Shown: one piece after another, positions 1 through 9,325 of the stretch | Layout: each line of letters opens with the position of its first letter | Numbering within the stretch: position 1 is the stretch's first letter | DNA from: Acetobacteraceae bacterium | Lineage (GTDB): Bacteria; Pseudomonadota; Alphaproteobacteria; Acetobacterales; Acetobacteraceae | Reading direction: 5' to 3' | NCBI GenBank assembly: GCA_035500775.1 | Contig: DATJWY010000068.1 | Location: forward strand, 567 to 64,566 | Length of the DNA stretch: 64,000 bases | The notes under the pieces: model-generated | The model's input: the letters and a program-made list of their open reading frames with translations, nothing else | Database searches by the model: none | Told to the model about the DNA's origin: nothing | Translations under genes and position numbers: made by a program

Positions 1-750
1 GGCCATCATCTCGGTGACCCGGTTCGTATATTCCGGCGGCACCTGGATATCGATCGTCCCCATGTCTTCCGCCTTCGCCGACCCAGGGCCAAGACGCCTC
101 TCAACCACTTCCTTGATTCGTTGCGCGGTCACGAAATCCGGGGCGCGCAGTGCAAGCCGCACATGGCTCAGAGTCTCCAGCGTCCCAGGCACCTCCCGTT
201 CAACGATGGCACCGTCTGGGATCTGTCCGCTCGTTTGCACGCCGGTCTTCACGGACTGCGCCTGCCCGCCGACCTGCAGGCCGGCAACCAGCAACGAGCC
301 CTGCGCCACCGCATAGACCTCACCATCCGCGCCCATCAGGGGCGTCACCATCAGCACGCCGCCGGCCAGCGATTTGGCATCGCCCAGAGAGGCGACGGTG
401 ACATCGATGTTCGTCCCCTGGCGCGCGAAGGCGGGAAGATTCGCGGTCACGATCACCGCGGCGGTGTTGCGGGTCTGCAATTGCTGGCCGGTGACCTGCA
501 CCCCCATGCGCTCCAGCATCGTGAACAGCGATTGTTGCGTGAACTGCGAGTTGCGCAACGTATCGCCGCTTTGCTGCAGGCCGATGACGAGCCCATAACC
601 CACGAGCTGATTGCTTCGGGCGCCATCCACTGTCACCAGGTCGCGTATCTTGACCTGTGCGATCGTGGGATGGGTAAGGCCGACAAGTCCCGTCACCAGC
701 ACGGTGAGAAGGGAAAAACGCGGCATTCTGCCGGTGCGGGACGTCATCAT
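1..750 (-). CDS. flgI: flagellar P-ring protein FlgI (N-terminal ~250 aa; 3' end runs off the left window edge)
   Basis: Own minus-strand translation from the ATG at 750 gives MMTSRTGRMPRFSLLTVLV..AQVKIRDLVTVDGARSNQLVGYGLVIGLQQSGDTLRNSQFTQQSL.. This is a signal peptide plus the conserved FlgI N-terminal block. It is absent from the ORF track because it is open-ended. Confidence 0.9.
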   Translation of the reverse strand, partial: MMTSRTGRMPRFSLLTVLVTGLVGLTHPTIAQVKIRDLVTVDGARSNQLVGYGLVIGLQQSGDTLRNSQFTQQSLFTMLERMGVQVTGQQLQTRNTAAVIVTANLPAFARQGTNIDVTVASLGDAKSLAGGVLMVTPLMGADGEVYAVAQGSLLVAGLQVGGQAQSVKTGVQTSGQIPDGAIVEREVPGTLETLSHVRLALRAPDFVTAQRIKEVVERRLGPGSAKAEDMGTIDIQVPPEYTNRVTEMMA

Positions 751-769
751 GTCGCTCCGTTCCAAACCG

Positions 770-1849
770 TCAGATCACGCCGCTGATGTAATTCGACAGC
801 GACAGCTTGGCCAGCGAAGCCGTTATCTCGTACGTCGCCTGCAACTGGGTCGAGAGCGAGGTCAGTTTCTGTGCATCCGTGTAGGTATCGGCCTGTTCGT
901 AATTAGTGATCTGCTTGAGTGTCGCGTCGGACGCGCTTTTCTGGATGTCCTGGGCGCGTTGCAACTGGCTCTGCTTCGTGCCGAGAACACCCTGAACGGT
1001 CGTGAGCTCAGCTTGCCCCTGATTGATCAGCATCTGTGCCTGGGTGAGAATCTGCGACTTGGCCGTGTCGTCGATCTGCGACGAAGGAGCATCCAGCAGG
1101 CTGAGCATGGATAGGCCATGCAGCAAATCCTTAAAGGCCGGGTTGTCGCCCTTGACGTTGTATTTCAGAGTTTCTTGCGATCCGATCAGCACTTCGGTTT
1201 GCGGGCCAGCATTTGTCGTGTCCGACGATGTATAGAATGCAGACGTAAAATTATTTCCGGAGCTGGCTCCGGAATAGTTATCATTGAAGATATCAGAAAT
1301 TTTTGACAAAAGTGTTGAGACATTGCTCGATGCAATGGTTGTGGAGCCATTCCCTGTGGCGCTGTTCAGGGCATTGTTGATCGCATCGAGCGCGCCGCCG
1401 GACGCATCGGTTGCTTTCATTGGCGTGCCGGCGCTGTCGGAGCCGGCGAAGATGGCGTGCCCGTCATATTGCGTGTTGAGCAGGGACATGATCTGGCTCA
1501 TGTCGCTGCGTGCCGTCGCCGCCATAATGGTCATACCCTGTGACGTGCCCGTATTGACGTTGAGGGCAGCGTTCGAGGCGCTTTGCGCCACGGAGGCGAT
1601 GCTGGTCATGGCCGTTTGCATCGTATCCAGGCGCTCGCTCGCCGTGGTCATGGTCGTCTGTAGTGCGGTCTGCTGATCATTCTGGAGATGCAGCTGATAG
1701 AGCAGGGCAGCCGCTGTCCCCATCGATCCGGCCGGGTTTGCCTTCGCGCCGGAGGAAATCTCGGTTGTCAACTGAGCTTGCTGCGACTGCATCTGCTGGA
1801 TGAGATTCTGCAGAACCATCGAATTTGCGTATGGCGTAATGCGGTCCAT
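770..1849 (-). CDS. flgL: flagellar hook-associated protein 3 FlgL
   Basis: 359-aa ORF with flagellin-like N and C termini (MDRITPYANSMVLQNLIQQMQSQQAQL.. / ..LAKLSLSNYISGVI). It lies directly downstream of flgK. Confidence 0.85.
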   Translation of the reverse strand: MDRITPYANSMVLQNLIQQMQSQQAQLTTEISSGAKANPAGSMGTAAALLYQLHLQNDQQTALQTTMTTASERLDTMQTAMTSIASVAQSASNAALNVNTGTSQGMTIMAATARSDMSQIMSLLNTQYDGHAIFAGSDSAGTPMKATDASGGALDAINNALNSATGNGSTTIASSNVSTLLSKISDIFNDNYSGASSGNNFTSAFYTSSDTTNAGPQTEVLIGSQETLKYNVKGDNPAFKDLLHGLSMLSLLDAPSSQIDDTAKSQILTQAQMLINQGQAELTTVQGVLGTKQSQLQRAQDIQKSASDATLKQITNYEQADTYTDAQKLTSLSTQLQATYEITASLAKLSLSNYISGVI

Positions 1850-1859
1850 GGTGTCACCC

Positions 1860-3341
1860 TCACTTGATCGTGTTTAGCGTATCAAGCATCTTACTGACCG
1901 CTTGCAGGACCTGTGCGCTGGCCTGATAAGTCTGCTGAACCAGGATCAGACGCTGCAATTGCTGATCGACATTGACGCCGGTCGCGCCTTGCAAGCTGGT
2001 TTGCGCATCCGCGGATTGCTGCGCGCGGGTTGTGTTGCGGTCGGTCCATGTGCTGAGTGTTGCCTGCTGCGTGCCAGCGATCTGCGACGCCGCATCGCCG
2101 AGAGACATGGAACCTGGCAGGCCAGTCGCCGTGGTGTAGCTCTGCCCCGATTGCATGCCGTTGAGAAAGGCGAGGATGGTGCTGTTATCGGAGGCGTTGC
2201 CGGGTATCGCGGCATTGGCTCCGTCACGGAGCAGCGTTGGGGTGGCAATAACGTTGCCATTGACCTGAATCTTGCTCGCAATGCCCCCGATCGGCGTTGT
2301 GCCGGTCAGCGCGGCTCCGGTCGTGCTGCCATCGGCGATGCTGAACACCCCATGCGGCGTGGCGCTGGTGGAGAAAGTTTGGTCGTTCGACTGGAAGGTG
2401 TTTATGAGGTTGGCCGAGAGTTCATCGAGCTGCCGGGCAAATTGCGGTAGGGTCACGTCGCGCAGCTGCAGGTTCGCGGCAATGCTGCCGGTCTGTGACA
2501 TGGCGATTGGACGACCATCCACCGTCACGCCGGACAGACCAGAAAGATAACCGTCCGCCGTCTGCGCCGCCGTCGGATTGCTGATCAGGTTGTTCGGGAT
2601 ATCCGACGTTGCTGTGAAGGAGAGCTTGTGCTCCGTGCCATCCCACAAGGTCGTGCCTTGATCGGTGGTAACGATGATCCCGTTATTCGAGTCCTGGAAC
2701 ACCTTGATCGGCAGTTTTTGCGAGAGCTGCGAGAGCAACTTGTCCCGTGTGTCTGCATACGCCGCTGTGGAATCCCCGCGCGTCGTCGCGTTCTTCAGGG
2801 CAGCCTCATTCGTGGCGAGCTGGTCAAGCGCGTCATTGACACTCTGCGCATCAGTACCGATCGCCTGGTCCGCTTGTTGACGAGCGGAGGAAACCGCGCT
2901 GGCAAGCGTATGAATCGTGTCCGTCAGGTTTTGTGCCGCGGTTATGGTCTGCGTCTGAGCGGTCGTGTCATCCGGCGTCGAGGAGAGATTGGTCAGGTCG
3001 GTCTGGAACGCCGAGACGGTGGAGGGCAGGGAGGTGCTGTCCGATGGTTGCCCAACAGTTTGTATGTACTGGCCGAGGATGGCTACGATCTGATTGCTGT
3101 ATGCCGCCGATCCGCTGGCCTGATTCGCTGCATCGGTCAGAAGTTGATTGCTGAGGCGCACGATTGGTTCGGCCAGGACACCGGTGCCATTCTGGCCGGC
3201 GATATTTTCCGCGCGCGGGATATCGCGCTGCACGTAACCCGGCGTGTTTGCGTTCGCGATGTTGTTCGCGATGACCTGCGCCTGCTGCTGTTCGAGATTC
3301 AGCGAGGAAAGCGCGGAGGCGAGTGCGCCTTGAATGGTCAT
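1860..3341 (-). CDS. flgK: flagellar hook-associated protein 1 FlgK
   Basis: 493-aa ORF. The N terminus ..QQQAQVIANNIANANTPGYVQRD is the rod/hook family signature. The C terminus ..QRLILVQQTYQASAQVLQAVSKMLDTL is typical of FlgK. Confidence 0.9.
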   Translation of the reverse strand: MTIQGALASALSSLNLEQQQAQVIANNIANANTPGYVQRDIPRAENIAGQNGTGVLAEPIVRLSNQLLTDAANQASGSAAYSNQIVAILGQYIQTVGQPSDSTSLPSTVSAFQTDLTNLSSTPDDTTAQTQTITAAQNLTDTIHTLASAVSSARQQADQAIGTDAQSVNDALDQLATNEAALKNATTRGDSTAAYADTRDKLLSQLSQKLPIKVFQDSNNGIIVTTDQGTTLWDGTEHKLSFTATSDIPNNLISNPTAAQTADGYLSGLSGVTVDGRPIAMSQTGSIAANLQLRDVTLPQFARQLDELSANLINTFQSNDQTFSTSATPHGVFSIADGSTTGAALTGTTPIGGIASKIQVNGNVIATPTLLRDGANAAIPGNASDNSTILAFLNGMQSGQSYTTATGLPGSMSLGDAASQIAGTQQATLSTWTDRNTTRAQQSADAQTSLQGATGVNVDQQLQRLILVQQTYQASAQVLQAVSKMLDTLNTIK

Positions 3342-3375
3342 GGTCTTCTTCCTTCAGCCGGGCGGGCAACGAGTG

Positions 3376-3401
3376 GGGAGGCGGCCGCCTGACCGCCTCC
3401 C
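3376..3401 (-). terminator. GC-rich hairpin between flgE and flgK (possible attenuator/terminator)
   Basis: GGGAGGCGG (3376-3384) pairs perfectly with CCGCCTCCC (3393-3401) around an 8-nt loop. It sits 7 nt downstream of the flgE stop. Confidence 0.5.
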
Positions 3402-3407
3402 GCCGGA

Positions 3408-4910
3408 TCAGGGCTTCATCTGGTTCAGGGTTTGCAGCATCTGGTCGCTCGTGGTGACCACGGAAGCCGAGGACTGGTAGGCGCGCTGCGTCTGGATCAG
3501 ATTGGTCAGCTCGGTGCCGATATCGACGTTGGAGCCTTCGAGCGCTGAACCTTCAGTGGTCCCCGCGAGACCCTGCCCCGGCGTAAACAATCGCGCGGCG
3601 CCGGCGTTTGGTCCCATGCCATAGGCGCCGCCGGAGAGCGGGGTCAGCCCATCCTCGTTCGGGAACACGGCAAGATCGAGCTGGTAGATCGGCCGCGAGG
3701 CGCCGTTCGAGAAACTTGCGACGATCTGGCCGGAAGGATTGACGCTGACGCCTTGCAACAAGCCGAAGGTCGAGCCGTTCTTCTGGATCTTGGTCGCGAC
3801 ATAGCTGCCGCTCAACTGCGTCATCCCGCCTGTGGTATTCAGCGTGCCGATGGTGATTGGCAGCGGATTGCCATGTCCGGTCGGCACGGTGAACGTCCCG
3901 AGAGTCGGATCGTAACTATCGCCTGTAGGTGTCTGGCCCACATACGTCCAAGCTGCCGAGCCATCTGCGATCGATGCGGTTCCCGTGCCGCTCGGAGCGG
4001 TGCCGCCGGAGGTACCGGCTGTGGCGCAGGTATAGATGTTGCCATTCGCGACAATGCGCTGTCCGACCGTATAGTTAGTGCCGGTGGCCCAGGCGGCGGG
4101 GGCGGTCGTGTTTACGCTCGCCATGGTTCCGGCATCTGCGCCGGTGGCGTTGAAGGTGACCGTTGACGAGCCCACGAGTCCGGTCGTGTTGGTCGAGGAA
4201 ACGGACGCGGAATCGTAGATATCCATCGTCCAGGTATTGGTGTTCGCCGAGGCCGCGCTCGCCGGTATGATCGGCGTGAATTTGAATGTCATCGTCTGAG
4301 TTTGGCCGAGCGGATCGTAGTAATCGACCGTTGTAACATTCGGGCTCGGCGGCGGTGAGGCATATGCCGTATTGTCGCTCGGCAGGTTGGCATTGAACGT
4401 CATCGTCGTTGTCGGCGAACTCGCGACGTTGACGTTCGAGATATTGACCGTCGAGAGATTGGAGATGTTGTTGGCGTTCGAGTTGCCGACCGGATTGCCG
4501 TTCGCGTCGAGCGGGATACCCTGCAGGTAGTAGCCACCGGAATTGACGAGATTGCCGTTCGCATCCGGACGGAAGGAGCCGGCGCGGGTCACCGCATAGC
4601 CGCCGGAAAGTGAATTAGGCGAGGAGTTGACGACAAGGAAGCCGTCGCCGTTGATCGCGATGTCGGTCGCAACGCCGGTCGTGGAGATCTGACCCGAGGT
4701 CGAGATGTTCAGGCGATCGACCGTCGTAACGCCCGCTTGCTTGGCCGTGCCGGAGTTGGAACCATCCAGAACCAGGCTCTCGAAGCTGGTACCGGAGGAT
4801 TTGTAGCCAACGGTCGAGCTGTTCGCGATGTTGTTCGAGATGTTGGAAAGGGCGTCGGATTGCGCATTGAGCCCGGACAAGGCATCGCGCATCGCATCAA
4901 GGATGCTCAT
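3408..4910 (-). CDS. flgE: flagellar hook protein FlgE
   Basis: 500-aa ORF. The N terminus is MSILDAMRDALSGLNAQSDALSNISNNIANSSTVGYK. The C terminus ..LTNLIQTQRAYQSSASVVTTSDQMLQTLNQM is a hook-protein signature. Confidence 0.93.
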   Translation of the reverse strand: MSILDAMRDALSGLNAQSDALSNISNNIANSSTVGYKSSGTSFESLVLDGSNSGTAKQAGVTTVDRLNISTSGQISTTGVATDIAINGDGFLVVNSSPNSLSGGYAVTRAGSFRPDANGNLVNSGGYYLQGIPLDANGNPVGNSNANNISNLSTVNISNVNVASSPTTTMTFNANLPSDNTAYASPPPSPNVTTVDYYDPLGQTQTMTFKFTPIIPASAASANTNTWTMDIYDSASVSSTNTTGLVGSSTVTFNATGADAGTMASVNTTAPAAWATGTNYTVGQRIVANGNIYTCATAGTSGGTAPSGTGTASIADGSAAWTYVGQTPTGDSYDPTLGTFTVPTGHGNPLPITIGTLNTTGGMTQLSGSYVATKIQKNGSTFGLLQGVSVNPSGQIVASFSNGASRPIYQLDLAVFPNEDGLTPLSGGAYGMGPNAGAARLFTPGQGLAGTTEGSALEGSNVDIGTELTNLIQTQRAYQSSASVVTTSDQMLQTLNQMKP

Positions 4911-5019
4911 TGATTTTCGCTTCCTGGAGGGATCGTGACAGAATCGGAGACGGGGGATTTTTCCGCCGCTTCTGGCGGGCCGGCTCGGCCGGATATCCTG
5001 AGCAGGAATTCGGTCATGG

Positions 5020-5913
5020 CTATTTTTGCCCGGGAGTTTGCGCGTGCTCGCTCAGCGCATCCGCCGCGTCGCTCCGCAAAATGGTCACGGCAATTCGCCG
5101 GTTGCGCGGATCATCTGGCGTCTGCGGCACCAGCAGGTCGGTCGCCGCCCGGCCTTCGATCTTCAGCATGCGATCGGCGCTCACGCCTTTGCTCTCCAGT
5201 TCCCGGCGCGCCGCGTTGGCGCGGTCGGCTGACAATTCCCAGTTGGAATAGGCGCCATGGTTAAGCGCCTGCCCGTCAGTATGGCCGGTGATGATGATGG
5301 AATTCTGAACTGTCGCGAGAACCTGGCCGATCACGCCAAGAATGCGCATCAGCCGTGGCGTCGGCACGGCCGAGCCTGGCTGGAACATACCCTGGTCGTC
5401 GCGGTCGAAGATCTGTAGCCGCAGTCCCTCCGGCGTCATCTCCACCGAGAGATTTCCCGCCACATCCTTGAGTTCACCCTGCGCTATCATGTGCTCGACT
5501 TCGGCCTTCACCGCCTCGAAGCGCTGTCGTTCCTGCGGGTCCTTGAACAGGCCCTCCGGGTCGGCGTCATTCTCTGCCGATGCGTTATCCTGCTGGACAG
5601 AGGGACCGCCATCCTCGCTGCTATCGATGATCTTCTCGATTTTGGGGTCGGCGCCATTCAGTATGGATTTCCCGCCATCAAGCGCACCGTTGCCCCCCGA
5701 CATGTCGAGGATGGATGCCGTGTTGAAGAATTTCGCAATTCCCTTGCGCTGGCTCTCCGTCGTTGATGAGAGCAGCCACATGATCAGGAAGAACGCCATC
5801 ATCGCGGTCACGAAATCCGCGTAGGCGACCTTCCATTGACCGGAATGTTCGTTGCGCTCTTCCGCGGCACGCTTGATGACAATCGGGCGTTTCGCGTCGT
5901 TTTCGCCGCTCAT
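5020..5913 (-). CDS. motB: flagellar stator protein MotB (OmpA-like C-terminal domain)
   Basis: WKVAYADFVTAMMAFFLIMWLLSS forms the TM/plug region. ..ITGHTDGQAL...NWELSADRANAARREL.. is the OmpA/MotB peptidoglycan-binding motif. Start moved to the internal ATG at 5913 (MSGENDAKRPIV); the track ORF extends to 5976. Confidence 0.88.
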   Translation of the reverse strand: MSGENDAKRPIVIKRAAEERNEHSGQWKVAYADFVTAMMAFFLIMWLLSSTTESQRKGIAKFFNTASILDMSGGNGALDGGKSILNGADPKIEKIIDSSEDGGPSVQQDNASAENDADPEGLFKDPQERQRFEAVKAEVEHMIAQGELKDVAGNLSVEMTPEGLRLQIFDRDDQGMFQPGSAVPTPRLMRILGVIGQVLATVQNSIIITGHTDGQALNHGAYSNWELSADRANAARRELESKGVSADRMLKIEGRAATDLLVPQTPDDPRNRRIAVTILRSDAADALSEHAQTPGQK

Positions 5914-5972
5914 CCAGAACCTTGCCGCAAAAAATGAGTGCGACCAAGGATAACTCCAAAGACATTTCGCAA

Positions 5973-6674
5973 TCAAGTTTTCGCTGGGGCATTCGCCGAG
6001 CGGATGGTCAGTGTTCCCTCCAGCTTGAGCCGACGCAAGGCATGGCTGAAACTATCCACCGTATCCGCCGCGAGCGGCCGCGGCAGGCTGCGTTCCGTCT
6101 CCATGACGGCATCCAGCCGGCAAAGCTCGAGCCGCCCGCGAATTTCGACGTGACCGATTTCCGCAAGCCTCACCCGTAAGGCAAAGGCGCCGATTCGCAT
6201 GATCCTGGCGTTACGGTCGGGTCGCCAGAAAAATTCCAGCCAAGTGATCGCCCCGTCCTGCAGGATTGGCACCCGCCGTCCGATCCAGGGGGCGGGATCG
6301 CCGAGCGGCGCGGGCGGCCGCGGTGCCTGGTCCAGCAACCGAGCGACCGCCGACTCCTCGAGATGCATCGAACCGGCAAGCCGCTTCAGCCGTGTCGCCC
6401 CGAGCCAGATTTCGCCGTTCGGCCGCAACGCCGCCAGATAGAAGGCGAGCACGAAGAATCGCCCGTCCATCGGCACCAGTTCGTCCAGTCCGGCACCGGC
6501 CAGCTGCGTTTCGTTGTTCGCGTCCCCTGCCGGGAGGAGCGCGCCGATGCCTGAGCCCCGGAGGGAAGGCCCGGTGCGGCGAACCGTCTGCACATAGGCG
6601 TGGCTTGCCTCCTGCGGTGAGCCTATTTCGCCGATCGGTTCGATCCCGGCTGATTCCTCCATTTCCGGGATCAT
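5973..6674 (-). CDS. hypothetical protein; C-terminal segment resembles the FliK C-terminal (Flg_hook) fold
   Basis: 233-aa ORF with GC3-rich codons between fliG and motB. Its segment LRVRLAEIGHVEIRGRLELCRLDAVMETERS..FSHALRRLKLEG parallels VVELHPAELGRVEVRLSFQDGGIGVQMTLDRKQ..LEQQLTQAGIDLG of the fliK gene in this window. The similarity was judged by eye only. Confidence 0.45.
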   Translation of the reverse strand: MIPEMEESAGIEPIGEIGSPQEASHAYVQTVRRTGPSLRGSGIGALLPAGDANNETQLAGAGLDELVPMDGRFFVLAFYLAALRPNGEIWLGATRLKRLAGSMHLEESAVARLLDQAPRPPAPLGDPAPWIGRRVPILQDGAITWLEFFWRPDRNARIMRIGAFALRVRLAEIGHVEIRGRLELCRLDAVMETERSLPRPLAADTVDSFSHALRRLKLEGTLTIRSANAPAKT

Positions 6675-6744
6675 GCCTCGTCGCTGTGGCGGATCACGGT
6701 TTCACGGCTTGTCATTTCGCGGCCTGATGTCGTCCCGTGCGCCA

Positions 6745-7791
6745 TCATTGCTCGAAGCCGTTCTCCTCGTCCTCGTCGAGGATGAAGATCCGGCCCTCGT
6801 CGGCGAGGCGCTTGGTGATGGCGATGATCTCCGCCTGTGTGTCGTCGATTGTCTTGCGGCGCTGGGTTGGCAGGGACTCGAGTTCCTCCCGCAGCATGTT
6901 GGCGGCGCGTTCGGACATGTTGGAGAGAAACAAATCCTGGATCGCCTTGGTCGCGCCGGAGAGCGCGATCGGCAGCTTGTCGGCCGGGCATTCGGCGATG
7001 AGCACGCCGATGGTCGAGGGATCGACCCGGGCAAGATCCTCGAAGGTGAACATGACCCGGCGGATGCGTGCGGCCGCCTGCGGTTCCTTCTCCTCGATGG
7101 TCCGCATGACCTTCTCCACCATCTCCTTGTCCGAGCGGTTGAGCATCTCGGCCATGATCGAGGAGCTGTCGCGCTCGTAGGAACGGGAGAGATTGGTGAT
7201 GAATTCCCGCTTCAGCGTCTCCTCGATATCCATCAGCACCGAACGCTGGATGCTGTCCATGCGGACGAGGCGCACCGAGATCTCGGCGACCAGCGCCTCA
7301 GGCAGCAGGCGCAGCACCCGTGCCGCATGCTGCGCCGGCAGCTTGGCGAGGATCACGGCCGCGGTCTGCGGATATTCGTTGCGGAGATAGGTCGCGAGCA
7401 CCTCCGGGGAGATGTTCGACAACTTCTCCCACATGTTCTTGCCTTCGGGACCTTTGATCTCGTCCATGATGTCGTCGACCTTGTCGCCCGGCAGCATGCG
7501 GCGGAGCAGGCGTTCGGTCGTTTCCACGGTCCCGAAGATATTGCCGGTGCGGCCGACTTCCTGACGGAAATCGGCGATCGCCTTTTCCACCATCGTGACC
7601 TCGACCCGGCCGAGATTGGCCATCGCCCGGCTGACGCTGCGGATCTCCTCCTCATCCAGCTTGGAGAAGATGCGGTGCGAGCGTTCCTCGTCGAGCGCCA
7701 TCATGACAATGGCGACTTTGTCGATCGAGTCGGAGCCGTGCGGCACCTCTTCGCGTGGTATGCGGCTGGGGCGGCGTTCAGGCGCTCTCAT
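6745..7791 (-). CDS. fliG: flagellar motor switch protein FliG
   Basis: 348-aa ORF containing ..VAIVMMALDEERSHRIFSKLDEEEIRSVSRAMANLGRV.. and the C-terminal ..MSERAANMLREELESL.. torque-helix region. Confidence 0.93.
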   Translation of the reverse strand: MRAPERRPSRIPREEVPHGSDSIDKVAIVMMALDEERSHRIFSKLDEEEIRSVSRAMANLGRVEVTMVEKAIADFRQEVGRTGNIFGTVETTERLLRRMLPGDKVDDIMDEIKGPEGKNMWEKLSNISPEVLATYLRNEYPQTAAVILAKLPAQHAARVLRLLPEALVAEISVRLVRMDSIQRSVLMDIEETLKREFITNLSRSYERDSSSIMAEMLNRSDKEMVEKVMRTIEEKEPQAAARIRRVMFTFEDLARVDPSTIGVLIAECPADKLPIALSGATKAIQDLFLSNMSERAANMLREELESLPTQRRKTIDDTQAEIIAITKRLADEGRIFILDEDEENGFEQ

Positions 7792-8021
7792 GGGGTCTCT
7801 CGCGCGAGCTTACGGAGTTTCAGAAGGGGCAGCAGAGCGCCAGCCACCGCGAGCACGGCTTCCGGCGGTAGGCTCTCGCCTAGATCAAGGCGGGCAAGCA
7901 CGTTGGGGAGGTCGGCATCCGCGGCGACGATGCCGGTTTCGCTGGCGATCTCCAGGATCCGCTGGGCGACATGATCATCGTGTCGGATGAACAGGTAGTA
8001 AGTCTCGTCCTTGCCGGTCAT
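7788..8021 (-). CDS. small hypothetical protein (77 aa) between fliP and fliG
   Basis: Internal ATG at 8021 of track ORF 7788..8462 gives MTGKDETYYLFIRHDDHVAQRILEIASETGIV... Its TGA overlaps the fliG ATG (ATGA at 7788-7791), suggesting translational coupling. No family recognised. Confidence 0.4.
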   Translation of the reverse strand: MTGKDETYYLFIRHDDHVAQRILEIASETGIVAADADLPNVLARLDLGESLPPEAVLAVAGALLPLLKLRKLARETP

Positions 8022-8098
8022 GGCGCGTAGCGCGGCGGCGATGCGCCGCCGCCGCCGCACCCGGCGCGTCCGTTCCTCCACGGCGCCGGTGGCTCCGC

Positions 8099-9010
8099 TC
8101 AATTGGCGAAACTCCGGACCAGCGAGCCGGAAACCAGCTCCCAGCCATCCACCAGCACGAAGAAGATCAGCTTGAACGGCAGGCTGATCACGGTCGGCGG
8201 CAACATCATCATGCCCATGCCCATCAGCAGGGATGAGACGGCGATGTCGATCACCATGAACGGCAGGAACAGCAGGAAGCCGATCTGGAACGCCTTCGAC
8301 AGTTCGCTGATCAGGAAAGCGGCGCACAGGATCTGCAACGGCAGATCGCCGCGTGCGGCGCGGGAGACGGCGCCCGGCTTCGCTTCCTTCGCCGCGGGCA
8401 CGGCAGCTGGCGGATCGGGCATGGCGGCGCTGTCGCCCGCCGCATACTTCGGCGGCGTCCATTGCGCCAGGTCCATGAAGAGCTGCAGATCCTTGTCCTG
8501 GGTATTCGCCTCCATGAAGGCGCGGAACGGCCGCATGCCCCGGTCGAAGGCTTGTTCCTCGGTGATCGAGCCGTCCATCAGCGGCCGCAGCGCGTCGCGG
8601 TAGGCGGTGTCGAAGGCGGGCGCCATGACGAAGGCGGTGAGGAACAGCGCCAGGCTGACAATGACGATGTTCGGCGGGCTCTGCTGTAGGCCGATCGCCG
8701 TGCGCAGCAGGGAGAGCACCACGACCAACCGGGTGAAAGCAGTCGCGACGACCAGGATACCGGGGGCAATCGACAAGACGGTGGTGAGCGCGACCAGACC
8801 GACCACATTCGTGGTCATGCTCTGCCCTTCACCCGTCGGGCCGAGATTGAGCGAGAGGCTCTGGGCGTGCGATTCCCCGGCCAGGAGCAGCGTGGCCAGC
8901 AGCAGCGCGGGCAGCAAGGCGAGAACGGCAGGCCAGCGCCTGTATCTTTGCCCCGGGCCGCGGCATGGCCTGCTTCCGGCCGCCGGGCGCGGATCAGCCG
9001 TATTCGACAT
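8099..9010 (-). CDS. fliP: flagellar export apparatus protein FliP
   Basis: 303-aa ORF containing ..FLLFLPFMVIDIAVSSLLMGMGMMMLPPTVISLPFKLIFFVLVDGW.., a diagnostic FliP core, with a long N-terminal signal region. Confidence 0.93.
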   Translation of the reverse strand: MSNTADPRPAAGSRPCRGPGQRYRRWPAVLALLPALLLATLLLAGESHAQSLSLNLGPTGEGQSMTTNVVGLVALTTVLSIAPGILVVATAFTRLVVVLSLLRTAIGLQQSPPNIVIVSLALFLTAFVMAPAFDTAYRDALRPLMDGSITEEQAFDRGMRPFRAFMEANTQDKDLQLFMDLAQWTPPKYAAGDSAAMPDPPAAVPAAKEAKPGAVSRAARGDLPLQILCAAFLISELSKAFQIGFLLFLPFMVIDIAVSSLLMGMGMMMLPPTVISLPFKLIFFVLVDGWELVSGSLVRSFAN

Positions 9011-9049
9011 TCTGTCGGAGTTCCTTCCAGCGGTCTGACGACGGGCGGT

Positions 9050-9325
9050 TCAGGCGGTCGTGCAGGAAGCGATCTCGGTCATGGAAATGGCGAGCCGCCC
9101 TTCCTCTGTGAGCTGCACCTCCCCGCGGGCGACCAGCCGGTTGTTGACCAGGATGTCCACCGGCTCGCCGATCTTCTTGTCGATCTCGAGAATCGAGCCG
9201 CGGCTGAGGGAATAGAGCTTGCCGAGCGGCATCCGCTTTTCGCCGAGCACCACCGTCACGGTGACCGGAATGTCCATGACCGAGGCAAGGCGGTCCTGCC
9301 CCAGGGAAGTGCTGCTTTCACTCAT
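9050..9325 (-). CDS. fliN: flagellar motor switch protein FliN
   Basis: 91-aa ORF. ..MDIPVTVTVVLGEKRMPLGKLYSLSRGSILEIDKKIGEPVDILVNNRLVARGEV.. is the SpoA/FliN domain. Confidence 0.9.
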   Translation of the reverse strand: MSESSTSLGQDRLASVMDIPVTVTVVLGEKRMPLGKLYSLSRGSILEIDKKIGEPVDILVNNRLVARGEVQLTEEGRLAISMTEIASCTTA

